Part shown: positions 10,508 to 23,869 of the stretch, piece after piece
Position numbering within the stretch: position 1 is the stretch's first letter
How the letters are laid out: each line of letters opens with the position of its first letter
NCBI GenBank assembly: GCA_964270895.1
Contig: OZ185439.1
Strand: one strand, 5' to 3'
Length of the DNA stretch: 64,000 nucleotides
Source: Podarcis filfolensis
Lineage: Eukaryota
The notes under the pieces: generated by a model
Seen by the model: only the letters and a program-made list of their open reading frames with translations
The model's database searches: none
Told to the model about the DNA's origin: nothing
Translations under genes and position numbers: made by a program

Positions 10508-12829
10508 GGGAAAAGAGAGAGTAACAAGAATTATTTGCAAATTCCTTTCATCATATCTATGATCTATGGTTGATTACTGTTAAATCTCACAGACTCTCCA
10601 GATATTATGGAATCTAAAGTACTAGGAACTCATCAATTTTAGAGTGGCTGTTGACTTACTGAAAATTGCAGAGAAGTGGAGAACAAATCTGGTTACTGTA
10701 TCCAGTCTTAAGATTCTTCATTTGTTGCTTCCTTCCTTAGTAATTCTGAGCCATATCAGAGCATATCTTATTCAACAAATAAAAAGGGAGGAACTGCAGG
10801 GCTGCCTAGTTTAGTTCATACAGAATGTTTCTTAAGAGTTTTATGACTTGTTTAGAGGAGAAAATAAAACCCAAGGTAAACATTCCTGGCAGTTCTTAAA
10901 TAGTAGTGAGATGCAAATGTGTAGACTGTAAGGTAAAGTTTAGATTAAATTCCACGAAATGTCAAAGGGTTAAGAGAGCAGATTTTAACATGTCTCCAAA
11001 ATCCAGCCTATGCTTTTCATTTGCAAGAAGAAAGTGATTTGCTGCAGAAAATGGGGGAAATGACCTCTGCTCACCATTTTCTCCCAGCAATGTTCTTGAC
11101 CTACATTTCCATCTGCACAGGGCATTCCCATTGGTGAGAGGGGAGGTTGTAGGAGAGAACTGACAGGTGGGAAAGGGCTTGAGATTCCCTGCCATGGATT
11201 CATTTTCTATCAGCCTCAATTATGCCACAGTAAAAAAAAAAAAGAAGAGCCACATTCTCAAAATGTGAGGGCAAATGCAATAAGCATTTAAAAATCCTGT
11301 TCGTCAAAGTTCTGTTTTCTCTTCAGAGGTTGGTGCATGAGATTTTTGTCATCTTGCAAGGTCCATTGTAATGAATTTTGTAGTTGAACCTCAGGGAGGT
11401 CTTAATTTGGCTATGTGCACTACAGTCAGCGTGCACTGAACATGCAGCAGGGTGAGTGGGATTGCAGAGGTCAGCGCCAAACTCTTCTCTTGCTTAGAGT
11501 TCACAGAACCTGTGCACATACAGCCTGAATATGTGAAGTTTCACAGGTCCTCAGATTGCACAGAGAGCCAGTGTCTGTTTAGGCTTGGTGCATGAGGCAT
11601 AATATTTGGATTGGGTGTGGAAGCAGGGCCTACTGCTGCAATCCAGTTCCCTCCTCCTCAGTTCATTCCATGTAGTCTGAACGTGCAGGGATTGTGCAGC
11701 CTGCCTTTTCACAGGAAAGAGTCACAAAAGGATGAGGCCATCCAGAATAACCTCATCTCTATATTTGCTGTGCTGATTCTTTTATTCTTGGCCCTCTTGA
11801 ACATGTTCCTCTTGGCACACATTCTTCTAGGAGGAATGAGTCAACTGCCTGCCAAGGGGATGCTCAGCCTCTCCCAGAACCTTCAATTGTACTCTGCATC
11901 CGTCATGGCAAAAGCCAAGGGGAGTCTGTCCCCGTGTGGAGAGCTATGTTCCATACTGTAGTTTCCTTTGTGTTTTTTTCCTGTGTTCTCCCTCTCAAGT
12001 ACTTCTGGAAATTAATGAGCTTTGTCTCATACACACCTGGTGGGGAGCAGTGTTAACAGTTGTTTTTTTATATATAACTTTTAACCACATGATGGCCTCC
12101 CTTCATAGAATCAAAGCCCCATTTGAGTTAATTGTGGCTGTCAAATTATCCTCCCTGTGAAGTGTGAAACTGCACTCAGCTGACAATTGGGATTCCCTAG
12201 GGAGATGACATTGTTAGGGCAACTAACCAGGGAGTGCTTGTATGAACAATTAGAGGCAACAGTGGCTGCTCTGGCTTCTTCCTCTCCCCACCCTTTCATC
12301 TTGCCTATCCTATTCCAGGATTACTCCATATTTGCAGGAATGTTTTCAATCTGTACAGCCGGCATTCCCCTCCTTTCCTTGTAATTTACTGTGGCACAGA
12401 AGCCACACTGACTCTACACTGGAGCTGGGTAACAACATCTGTGCACCATTCTGCAGCGCTGCTTCCGCCACATGAAGATTTGAAGCAGGGGGTGCTGTTT
12501 GGCCTAGAGATTATATGATGTGTTAACAACATTTTGTACTTTTATTGGACCATTTAATCTCAAATAAATCTCAGTAGTGTAGTTTTATCACTGTTAGCTA
12601 TATCATAGTCTCTTGTGGAACAGTCTTGTCCAGGCTGCAGGTCTGAGCTCAAGGATAGATTATTATGTCTGCTACTGCTATCAGCAAGGAATAGTCTTAG
12701 AAACTTGAGAATCTGTTCACATTATATGTATAAAAACCACCTCTTTTACAGAGGCATGCAGAGGCAGATAGGAGCTGGCTCGGTTTTCACCTCACCCCTA
12801 ATCCACCTCTTCCTGTGCCTCCTTCATCC

Positions 12830-14240
12830 TGTCCTTTCTTGCAATCTGCCCCTCCATTCTCCTACCTTTCCACCATATAAATTATCGACCTCTTTCTGCT
12901 TTCTGACATTTCCTGCTGCTTTCAAGTATCCCACAGGTTCCTCTGTCCTTAAAAGATAATAATAATACATTGGCCCTTCCTTTCTGTCCATCTACCAACT
13001 AATTTCCCTTTTTCTATTTGTCTCCAAACAGCTGGAGCTTGTTGCTTACTTCCACTGTCTCAACTTCCTTTCCTCCAGCTCCTCTCCTGACCCCTACAAT
13101 CTGGTTTCTGCACCCTCCTGAAACTCCCCTCTAACATCCTCTTCATGGCTATATCAGATATTTGTTCTTGGCTCTCTGCTGTTTTTCTTTGACACACCGG
13201 CCCAGAATGTCCTCATAAAATCCCATAGTTTTCAGTACTGCCTACATGCTGATGACAGCTAGCTGTACCTCTCTGGTCCAGACCTGTCTCCCTCCTGTTC
13301 TGCAACTCCAACTACTTCATATTTCTACTTTGACATTTCATTGATTTCTAAACTTAGCATGTCCGAGGGTAAATGTCTCATACTGCTATCTAAGCACTCC
13401 ACCTCTCCTCAGATCATTTTCTGTATCTATTAACAATGTCACCACCTACCCTCCTCTTGTCCAGGAATGAAACTTTGGCTTTATCTTTCACTCCTCTCCC
13501 TTCTGTGCCTGCTGCCGTACTGTTGCCAAGTCATGTTGATTTCCCCTTTACATTCTCCTCCCCTTGTATCCTTCATTGACTACTGTAGGTCAACTCTCGC
13601 CTAGACAACTGCTACTGTCTCCACTCTGGTCCACTTGTTGTCTTGCTTCAGTCCCCCCCTCCTTCTGTCTAGAACTTTGCTGCCAAAATCATTCATCTCC
13701 TTTACGGTTCTGCCCTCCTTAAATCCCTACACTGGGCCTTCTCCCAGATCAAGCACAAACTCCTTGCTCTTGTCTTCAAAGCCCTCTACACTCTCACTGC
13801 CCTTTCTTATCTCTCTGGTCGCATCATATCCTGTGACAGCCCTGCCTGTGACCTCCACTCTTTAGCCATCTAAAGATCTTCTGCCCCCTCAAATGAATTT
13901 GCTTGCTCTTGATGCCTTTTAAGCTCAGGACTGTCTCCCAGAACATCTGAAGGATGCTGCCTCCCTCCCTTCCTTCAGATCTCTCCTCAAAACCAATCTT
14001 TTCAATTAAGCCACATTTGCCTGGTCCTCCCAACTCACTGTAACTACTCCTAAGTATGGGTAACTGAAATAAACCCATATCCTTCCCTGTTTGCATGTGC
14101 CTATATGCAGTGCCCCCCTCCCCTGTGTCAATTTTTAATTTGTAAAGTGTCTGGGGAGGGCAAGGATTTATCTTCTTATGCTTTGTAATGCACCATAGAG
14201 ATTTATAGCAGTACATAAATAATGCAAAATCATCATCATT
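12830..14240 (+). mobile_element. Old L2 LINE fragment (RT domain to 3' end)
   Basis: Frameshifted RT motifs: FPAAFK..., QSGF-like, CLHADDS.LYLS (YADD box, about 13240), HW..RIKHKLLALVFKAL (about 13730). Pyrimidine-rich sense strand and an L2-type 3' tail near 14230. Confidence 0.85.
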
Positions 14241-15478
14241 GATTCCCATTTTGCCCTAGGAGATACAATAGACTGGCTGTAATTTGAAATGCAGTTGGGG
14301 GAAATCTTCGCTGGTATTACCAGAGGCAAAGGGCGGGGTAGAGCTCCTGAACACATACTTTGGATTTCTCCATGTAAGTGAATGGATTACATTCCTTTCT
14401 ATGGGGGAGAGTGCTGCACTTGGACACCATTGCAAGGGAGGCAAAATCTGTATCCTGCCTTTGATGTTGGTGGGGGGCAGCCTTAGAAGCAGGAGTGCAG
14501 TGAGGAACAGTTGGCTCAGTTCAGAGTACCCCAAGATATATAATTGTTTCAGGAGTTCCTGTACTATACAGGTACTAGTGATAGACATTTCATTGTTACT
14601 TGATGGGTATCTTTTCCTGTGCACATGTATTTAGGAGTACGTCTCATTGAAAGCAATAGGATGTACTTTCCAGTTTACATTGGGTTGTAAAACTCAGTTT
14701 CTGACATACGCTTGGCTCCATCTGATATACCTTTCTGCAGACTCTACACCTATCCTCTGGTTACACTCCTGTCTTCCTTTCACCCTGCTTCTAAACTCTG
14801 GAAGTAAATCACACTGATTTCAGTTGAGATTTTATTCATGTTAAGCTTTGCCTGTTTAACCCTATCATACGCACTTATCTTTTTCCCTGTTGGGTAATTT
14901 CCACAAGCTTCCCTGTTCTGCATTTCTCTCTGACTGGTTTCTGCCCTCCCCCTTTCTCCTTTTCTCCCCCTTGTGAATCCCAGATTAATAAATAAAAGTT
15001 TCATTACTACCTAGGTTTGCAAAAATGATTTGATTCCAAAAGATGATGAATTTTAAGAGAAGCAAAATGTCAGGCACAGCAGGGACATTTTTTAAGCTTC
15101 AGTAAGTTAGGATGGTGGAACACAAGCCCCAGTATAATTGTGTTGGCAGCCCCTAGTTATCAGGAGCTAGGCAAGGGGACACAGCGGTCAATTGCTTTGC
15201 TATTTAATGTGGCGGTTTTATGTTTCCAATGTGCAATTGTATATTAAAAGTATCTTTGCCCCCCTGACGTGGCTAAATAATGGGATTTTGCTGCTGGGCT
15301 ACACTTCTCTGTTACGGCATGGGTAACAGGCAACCCTTTGCTGCTCTTTTCAGGACTAACTACACAAGTGGATGATGCACCATTTCTTTCTTTAAGAGAC
15401 AACCTTAATCATCTGTGCCAGAAACTCCTTAGGCCACCCATTCCACTTTTGTCCAGCACATTGGTCTAATTTTTCTCC

Positions 15479-15636
15479 CAGAAAGCTGCCTTATATTGAG
15501 TCTCACCTAGCTTAGTGTTATCTGCATTGAGTGACAGTGGCTCTCCAGGGTATGAGATTGGAGAGAGGCACCAGGGATCAATCCTGGGACCTTTTGCATG
15601 CAAGGTTTGAGCTCTACAACTGAGCTACAGCTCTTC
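15479..15636 (-). mobile_element. Squam3-like tRNA-derived SINE
   Basis: The minus strand begins GAGCTGTAGCTCAGTTGTAGAGC (A box), has a B-box-like GGATTGATCCC, and ends ...AATATAAGGCAGCTTTC. Confidence 0.65.
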
Positions 15637-17927
15637 ACCTTATATGCAGGGCTTAAAAGAATGAAAAAGGCAGATGGCCTGGCACAAGTGGGTCAGGGCA
15701 AGGCTAACAGATAATTCAGCATTCAGTTCTCTGGTGCATACATCTGTATTATCTGTCTGGTGTTCCTGGCATAAGGATTATTCTTCACCCCTTTAATGCA
15801 GAAACAAGGGATATGTGGTGAATCAAGGTTCTCAAAATCCATGCAAATTGGTGTTTGCACTTCCTAAACCATTTTACAAATTATTTACTCTCAAGCCCCA
15901 TCACAAACTTGAAATTGAGGAGTAGGTGGACACCAAAGCAATGCAGAGCTTTTGGTAAAATGCAGGCCATTTTTGCGCCATTTCTGAGAGAATTACAAAG
16001 GGGGAAGGAGGCAACCTTGGACAGGGGTTATTACTGCTGCAACATTAAGCAAACCCTGTTTTATTAAAGTTATGGCTCATGCTGGCATTAGGGCAATAGA
16101 GGTGTCAATTCTCCTGTTATTAACTCTACTGCCTAGAGGCATAGATTTCAGCAAACATATCCAAGAGCTGGAGCTAATCTGTAGCAAAGAGTGGAGGCAA
16201 GGGATAATTTCCTCTGCCTAGAATCAAACCAGAGGAGGGGCAGTCGAGGAAAACCACAGTATTTCCAAAGAGAAAAGGGAAGGGGGGAATATTGCCCCCC
16301 ACACCTGATTTCCTACGAATGAAACATGAAAAGAAATCAATGTAGCTGAGGGCCAAGTACGTTATTGCTGTAATATTATTCACCCTTTACAGATTGCTTT
16401 AATAGCACAATCACAGAAAAGTCATGCAGGGAGACTGAGGATGATATAGGGAGCTTTGTTGATTTTGCCCTCCTCCTGCCCCAAGTATAATGGATTTAAA
16501 AAAGTAAAGAATGGGGAGAGGGACTGGATCAGTGTGAAGAGATGCTGTCATTGAAAGCTTGGTTCTTCTACATGAGCACAGAGCATTGGCTTAGCCCCAA
16601 CTCTCAGTGCACTAGAAAACATTGTAGTTTATTTTCGGGCTGAGGGGAAAGGTGTCAAGAAGACACATGGGCTAGAAACTCCAAAGCTGGGTTCAAGATA
16701 CCAGTTTTAAAGGCATTTGGGTCAGGACTTCCTTTGACTCCGTGCTGAATTCTGGAAAAAGTTAGTAGGAACGTTGTACATTCAAAATGAAAAGGTAGGC
16801 TAGAGTAGAGTAGGCAGAAGGCACAGATGGCAATATACAGACTCTGTGTGTATGGGTGTGCATTCATATTGTTCCAGTATATGCATGCAATATAATGGTG
16901 GTGAGTTTAGATGGCAGATCTTGCCAGCCAATCAGGAATTCAGGGACAAGTGATAGGGTGCAGCAAGGGTGAGAAATTTAAAACACTATGGAAAACAGGA
17001 GGGGAAGTTGAAATAAACCCAATAACATGTTTTTATGTGTTGGAATGTATATGTGAAATTTTTGAAATTTATTAAAATATAATGAATGATAAAAAGGGGA
17101 TTCAGGGACAGGAGACCCTAGAGGTGCTCTAAAGACATTGAAAACTGTTCTGAACTGCCTTTTGGCAGTATTGCAGCATTTTCAGAACCTATAAAACCAC
17201 AGATCTCCGGGGAAGCTAGTTAGCTGTGGCAGGGCTTATAAAAGGAATCTCATGTTCCAGAAGAAATAAAGATGGCATATATTCTGATGGAGTTGTACCA
17301 GAACCCTCAATTACCTCTGCATAGTGGGGAGCTGCACTGGGTAGTAGTGTTTTATGTAGTAGTTAGTTCCTAAGCAGTAGCAAGAAGCCTCTGCAACTAT
17401 AATCCTATGGAAAGAACATATTATGGTGCCAGTACTCATTGCTAAAACTAGGATTGTCACCTGAAAAAATAAAGTCTAGCTGATTGAGCCTATATGTTTT
17501 CATCTGCATGAATCTGCACAGAACTGAAACAATTATTATGTGGGGGAATTGTCTTTAGGTGACACATTTATTATGGTAGACTTCCTCTTCGTAGGGGCAT
17601 CATTCATTTCAGAGTGAGATAGAAGGGTGCTTTTCGTCTCTTATGAGATGGTGCTTATCTGTATTTTTAGAAATACATTAAATAAATAACTTCATTTTTA
17701 AAAACGCCATCGTTTTAGTCAATATAAAATTTAGATTAATTATAGATGAAAATTACTGTAATAGGTGAAAATTAATAGGTGACAACGAACAGATAGGACT
17801 CCTCTTTCCTCCTCCACCATCAATATGTCTGCCTTCACAATGCTATAAGAGTATGCATGATTTAAAAACTAAAAAGCTAACCCTTTGTTGTTTTTCTTGT
17901 TCTCGTTTCTGCCCGCTGTTGTTTTAG

Positions 17928-17951
17928 GAACACTTTTATGCCACTGTTTGA
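17928..17951 (+). CDS. Candidate coding part of the terminal exon (EHFYATV-stop if phase 0)
   Basis: Branch-point-like GCTAAC (about 17876), a long polypyrimidine tract and TTTTAG|G at 17927/17928. Followed by about 380 nt of UTR-like sequence and AATAAA. The reading frame is not proven. Confidence 0.5.
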   Translation, partial: EHFYATV

Positions 17952-18326
17952 TGCCGGAAGGACATGGAAAGAGGCCAGCCCTGACAGCGAAGCTTACCAC
18001 CGCAGACCTGTCCTTGTTTTCCGCTGGCAAGCTGGCCATGCCCTGCAGATGAGCTGTGACCTCCTGAGGGTGATGCCAAGCCCTCGTGTCAAGAACATGC
18101 TCCCTCCCGATGAGCAGAGGAAGGAAGAGTCCTCCCGCAGTAGCATGCACTGTCCCAGCCAACAGAGGCCCCGCCGTGTACATAGCCAATGAGATGTCTG
18201 TAAAGGATTTCGCCTTCTTGTACATTTCCCTCGTTCCCTTTCAACTTGTTGATTGTGTCAAAATTGTCAGAGTTTGTAACAGTAACTTTCAAAAAAATAT
18301 TGTACTAAAAACTGAAAATTGCACTC

Positions 18327-18332
18327 AATAAA
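18327..18332 (+). terminator. Polyadenylation signal AATAAA of the upstream gene (candidate)
   Basis: Canonical hexamer at the end of a UTR-like region that also contains a Pumilio element TGTACATA (18177-18184) and further TGTA motifs. Confidence 0.55.
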
Positions 18333-18569
18333 AATTACGAAATAACCTTGATTTTGGAAAAAAACCCACTTTAGTAGCTGAGAGATTGAAGAATGCTATC
18401 TGAAGGGAAGGGGGGCTGGTTTATGAGTATGGCATGTTGTGTATTAGCAGCAGAATCCAATCTGCATGAGTAGGAACATCAACATATTTGGGTGGCATTC
18501 AACTAAGTTCTGTGCTTTGAAATTTAACACAACTACATTAGGTTCATAAACTTCAGTGTATCTACTGCA

Positions 18570-18692
18570 GGGCTGTAATATGTCCAGGTTTTCCCAGACC
18601 ATCAAAATGGTGTCCAAATCGGAAAGATGTCCTGGAAAACCCGGACGTATGACAACAAAGATTTTCACTTTGGGGGAGATGGCAACCCTAAT
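18570..18692. mobile_element. Degenerate hAT (Tip100-like) MITE fragment
   Basis: Internal inverted repeat TGTCCAGGTTTTCC / GGAAAACCCGGACG and a terminus-like ATGGCAACCCTA; no TSD found. Confidence 0.4.
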
Positions 18693-20518
18693 CTTGTCGG
18701 AGTAAAACTTTGTTGAATGCCATCCTTTCATTCTAAGGGTTCTTTCTTGTGCAATATTGTTATATTTGGGTAAAGATACCAAAGTACAAACAACATTGCC
18801 TTACAAAGGGAGCCTGCGTGTTTCAAGAAATTAATTTCCATATATGAAAAAGTCATATGGCCTTTGCTTCCATCTACTTTAAAATTTGAAATCTGTGCAC
18901 GCTTTGTAATTGGCTTGGTACATATGTGATTTTGTACTTGAATCAGATATCAGCCAAAAGTTTATTGGGTTTTGAGATAATTGGCATAATATTCATTTGG
19001 ACCACACCCCTTTGAATGACTCACAGGGATGCTCAAGAGATAGTTGATGCCAAATAGCTTTCTACTCCAAACTTGCTTTTTTTAAGGTGAGAAAGAAAGG
19101 AGCAGGGATGAAGTTGCAACATACTGGAACTGGAAGAAAAGTCAGAGTAGTTTTGATTGCTGCAATTTAGGTGCAACAGAGTAGAAAAGAGGAATGTGGG
19201 TTGCTTACAATCCGATCCTATGCATATTAACCCAGAAATAATAAAACCCACTGATTTTCAGTGGGAACATACTCTGAGGGCAAGTGTGCATAGGACTGTG
19301 TCTTTGCTTACTTAATTATAACTCAAATATGAACTTGCAGTAAATAAATGCTGAGTCACTCGTATCTGCTAAGGCTGATAAAGGGGAAGTTTGAAACAAA
19401 TTAAATATGTTTTGCAAAAAAAAGTGGAATTGTAGAAATTGAACAAGTAGGTCTGATTAACCACTGGATGTTTGTTTGTTTGTTTGTTTGTTTTAAATGA
19501 GGAATCAGCCATTTTTTGTTTCATTGGCCCAGTACACCTTAGTGTATCTTGAAAAACTGTTTAACACCTAGCAATTGCTAAAATCTAATCAAGTCTTCAC
19601 AAGTCCTGTATTCCTTCTTAAGGTAGTTTCAAAGGGCATATATTGTGGCTTTAACATCATGCCATCTTTTTCTCTCCACTCTGTTTTGCCTGGGGGAAAG
19701 TTCTGGAGAACTCAAACCTTGCTCACTTTTATGACATTTTGGTTGGTCCTAATAAAGATGTCACCACACTGTGAAATTTGAGTTTTTTTCCCTATTGACC
19801 AACATGGCTATCTTTGAAGTATGAAACAAATAAGAAGTAGTTGGTCAACCCTTATTACTTGCCCTACTCCAGAACATAAATATCACATTTTTTAAAAACT
19901 TTGTTGAAAGCCCTCCACTGGGTAAAGTAGCTTTCCTAGAAGGCAGCTTTCACCAAGAGCTTGAGAGGGTTTCCCCATTCTTATCATAGCTGTCAACGTT
20001 TCCCTTTTTTTTAAGGGAAATTCCCTTATTCTGAGTAGGATTCCTCACAAGAAAAGGGAAAAGTTGACAGCTATGATTCTTATACACAAGAGCCCACAAG
20101 TAGTCATCCCTCCGTGCTTCCCTTTCACCCCTAGATTGGTAACTGGAGATTGCAAGGGCACCCATCAGGGAATGGATTTCATTCAGGGACTGACATTTTA
20201 TAATGCTGTTGTTTTCAAAGTCATTTATGAAACCTGATTGTCAGTTTAGACATATTTGTGTCCTGGGCTAATGTTTCATCAATGTGGAGTAACTCTAGGA
20301 CTGGGTGGCTCAACTCTGACAGAGGAATAAAATGAGTGCTCTCTGTAGTGGAATTCCATTAATTTACAGACGATATGGACAGTTTTGGAATGACCCCTAA
20401 AGCTGGTTTTAAAAGTGGTTTGTGTCTTTTTCGCTACTACCCTTTCTTACTACTCATGATTATTCCCTGTTCTCATTTGTTCGGGTGGCAGGATGGACCT
20501 CCGAGATTTTCATTTTCA

Positions 20519-20707
20519 GGCTGTGAACACACTGTATCTTTAAAGCACATTTGAAACACATTCTTTTCCTCAAAGAATTCTGGGCACTGTAGTTTGTTAA
20601 GGGCTGCTGGAAATTATAACTCTGAGACGTGAATTACAGTGCCCAGAATTCACTGAGGGAAAGAATGTGTTTCAAATGTAATTTAAAGGTGTAGTGTGTA
20701 CACAGCC
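20519..20707. mobile_element. Palindromic MITE, probably PIF/Harbinger-like
   Basis: TIRs GGCTGTGAACACAC / GTGTGTACACAGCC, foldback over most of its length, 3-bp flanks TCA/TTA. Confidence 0.65.
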
Positions 20708-20902
20708 TTAGGGTCATGTGGTAAAGTCAACTTAGAAGCTACTTGCAAAAAAGGAGAGGCTCCCAGTTTCTGTTGCCTCAGAAAGGCAGGGTGTGCTTGG
20801 GTTTCCAGAAAGATACCACAGAACTTCTAATAACAACTGGAACAGAAGAAAACCATAGCAAAGCTGCTAGAAAATATGAAGCAAGCCAAGGCAAAATTTC
20901 AA

Positions 20903-21135
20903 GATTCACATAGTTGGAAGGTATTTCAAAGGTAATCTAGTCCAACCACTCCTGATACAAGAAACCCAGGACTACAGCATCCAAACAAGGTGGTCGTTCA
21001 TCCTCTGCTTAAAAACCTCTACTGAAGAAAATCTATAGATTCCAAGGCAGTCTGTTTCATGATGAACTAGTTTGTGCTATCATAAATTTCTTTCCAAAGT
21101 TTAATCTTGACCCTTTCCCTTGTAATTTGCACCAA
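20903..21135 (-). mobile_element. CR1 LINE 3' fragment
   Basis: Reverse complement of a CR1 3' end (plus strand GATTCACATAGTTGGAAGG...GTAATCTAGTCCAACC...CTCTGCTTAAAAACCTC). Confidence 0.75.
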
Positions 21136-22764
21136 CTTCATATTTGGGGGCATGAGTGGCATTCATTTTCATGTGTAGGGAACAAGATAAAGAACTGGAC
21201 TCAATGGAACCAATGGGATTGTGGTGAGGCTAGACATGTTTCTTGCCACTGGGTAACCCCAACCATTAAGAATCGAACCTGCACCTATTTACATAACCAC
21301 CATAATGAATTCTCACTTTTTGTTGCACTGGAGTGAGGCAGAAGGCTTCATCCTAGCAAAAAGTACTTCCTTGACACCTGCAAGAGAAAAGAATATCTTC
21401 CTCCTATATGAAGTTAAGCAAAATAAAATAAAATCAAAGCAGGAAAACCGCTGTCTGGGGTATAAAGGTTGGAGCTCACATATCATTATAGCAGATATGT
21501 AATTCTAGCATACAATTTTAACATGCAATTTTAGTAAGTATAATAGTTTTTAAATTGCTGTTTTTATTTTATATTTTTAAATATTTGTATTTTAAAAGTT
21601 GTATTTACATTTTATGTAACTTGTTTCGATGTTAGCTTGCGTTGCTACTTTTAATGAATATTTTAGATTGTCTTTTGTAAAGCACTTAGCAGTCTTTAAT
21701 TTGAGTAATATATGAATGTTGTTAACCTATATAAATAGTGCATTACTTTGTGCAAAAAAAAGAGAAACAAACCCCACCTCACACTCCCTGTATACTAGCT
21801 GCTGGGTAGCCAATGTGTGAAACAGATTGCAGGACTAGATGGGCCTTCGGCCTGATCCAGCTCCCTGCAACTAGATATGAAGGAGAAAGATCATACCTTT
21901 CACCTTCTACCTGGCACAGTAGTTTTCTATGTATAGGAATCTTTTGTGCCTGTTCTGTTTGGGGGGACTCCATTACATGAGCCCCAACCAGGAGTCTAAA
22001 ATGGCATGACCCTGGTAGAAGCTTGGCCTCTCAGCAAGAGCTAGGCCTGAGCCAACTAACTGTGAGCAGGGTGAAGGATTTCCTGGCATTCAGTTTTTAC
22101 TCTCAGTGCTTGTCATATCAGAAATGGCAAAGCCAATACAAAATACTTTACAATTTGTACTTAACATACCGCTTGTAATGTATTTCTTGGCAAAGGCCGC
22201 TTGGGAGGAGCTGTGGCTTTAGGAGCGCATGAAACATTTGCACATCAAATCCCCTGGCTTTGCTTTCTTAGTATTACTTTGAAATAACATCCCTCAATTG
22301 CTACACCAGATTGGAGGTTACTCTTTACAAAACAGAGCATGCTATTTTGTATTGTTCATTTTCTTTGTGCGTTCTGACCTGCAGCGTTTTCTCGGGTGTC
22401 ACTTCTACATATTGATTTGCAGAGACTTCCCATTCCTCCAGCCTTGCGATGGCGTTTGCTTTTTCTGCAGGGTCTCGAAATGATACAGATTGTCACAACG
22501 ACATGATGTTGGTTGAAATCTCATTGAAAGCTAGACCATCAGACACTGACTGAGCAACAATGGAAATTCCAGAATTCTGGATGGCAGCAAAACACCCCCT
22601 AGAATATCTAAAAATGCACTGCATTCAAAAGAAAAAGAAGACAAGCTGAACACCTTAAACAGTGAGTGGGAAAGCAGAGAGAAAATAGCCAGAAGGAAGG
22701 GATGTAATCATGGGAGGAGTATGGGTGTTTGAAATGGGTGAAATGTTAAGGGGCTTAGTGGGAT

Positions 22765-23640
22765 AGTACAGATTTGGCTGGTGACACACAGCTCTACCTC
22801 TGCTTTACACAGGCAGGTGTGGCAGTGGATGTGCGGGAACATTGTACTGCCTCAGTTCATTGGATGAGAGTCAACAAACTAAAGCTAAATCCAGATAAGA
22901 CTGCGGCACTATTGGTGGGTGGCTCCCAAGACTGGATGCCTGGGAGGTTGTCTGCTTTTGATGGAGATACATTCTGTTATGAACTGGCAGGACTACAGGG
23001 AGGAGGAAGAGGATCCTGGCAAGGGGTGTGGCCAGGACTGGGACACAGCAGGGCAAGCTGGGGATGGGGAAGGAGAGGTTGGTGTAGGAAGTACAGGGTG
23101 ACAGAGGATGACGAGGGGATGGGGGTCTGTGCACAGGAGCCAGAGCAGCAGAACCCATCACCAGAGTGGCCCCCATCTTCATGAACACGGTGGACTCTGA
23201 GGCATAGGGAGCAGTGGGAGAGGCACTCTATGAGACTCAGGTAGGCAAGGGCCCACAGCCCAGCTCTCTAGCTGGCCAGGTGGGGCTCGCTGGCTCTGGG
23301 AGGAAGTGTGTGATTTCTCAGCTGGGGCAGGCTTGGAGCAGGTGAGGGTCATGTGCCTTGTCAAGCCCAGATGCTGCAATCAGCATGCAAAGTACAAAAG
23401 GGAAGCACCGTGCTGTGTCTGCTCACCTGCCCATGTTTGATGGACCTCAGCTTGGATGCACCAGGATCTCTGTGGGACTCTGCTTTGGACTGGACTTTGG
23501 GCATGTGGATTGACCCTGGACTGGGGACATACCGACTTACTGCCAGGTAGGCCAGGGGTTCAGGACACACTCCCTCTGAAGGAGGGAGTAGATAACTTGG
23601 GGGTACTCCTGATACTCCCATATGAGTCCAAACACCACTT
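22765..23640 (+). mobile_element. L2 LINE RT fragment interrupted by a solo LTR
   Basis: (A)GDTQLYLCF...HWMRVNKLKLNPDKTAALLVG before 22975, resuming after 23567 as LPLK..V..LGVLL. Confidence 0.8.
22975..23567. mobile_element. Solo LTR (Gypsy-type termini), 593 bp
   Basis: TGTTATGAAC...GTTCAGGACA imperfect inverted termini (TGT...ACA). 5-bp TSD CATTC (22970-22974) / CACTC (23568-23572). It splits a collinear L2. Confidence 0.8.
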
Positions 23641-23869
23641 TCCATTACGGGCAAATAATAGGTCCTGCAACTCTGGCACCAGTTTATTGAAATGAGGGTT
23701 CATGGGAGAATGCCTGCTGAGGTTCCAATCTAGTGAAGCAACACTGTGTGAAAAATAATGCTAATATCTAAGAATAGTAATAGTAATTGAGGTCTGGTAG
23801 TGGTGAGGGGGACAGCCAGTGAGCGAAGTGAAGTGAGCAGGGGTGCAGATACATACCGGTAGTTGCTGT

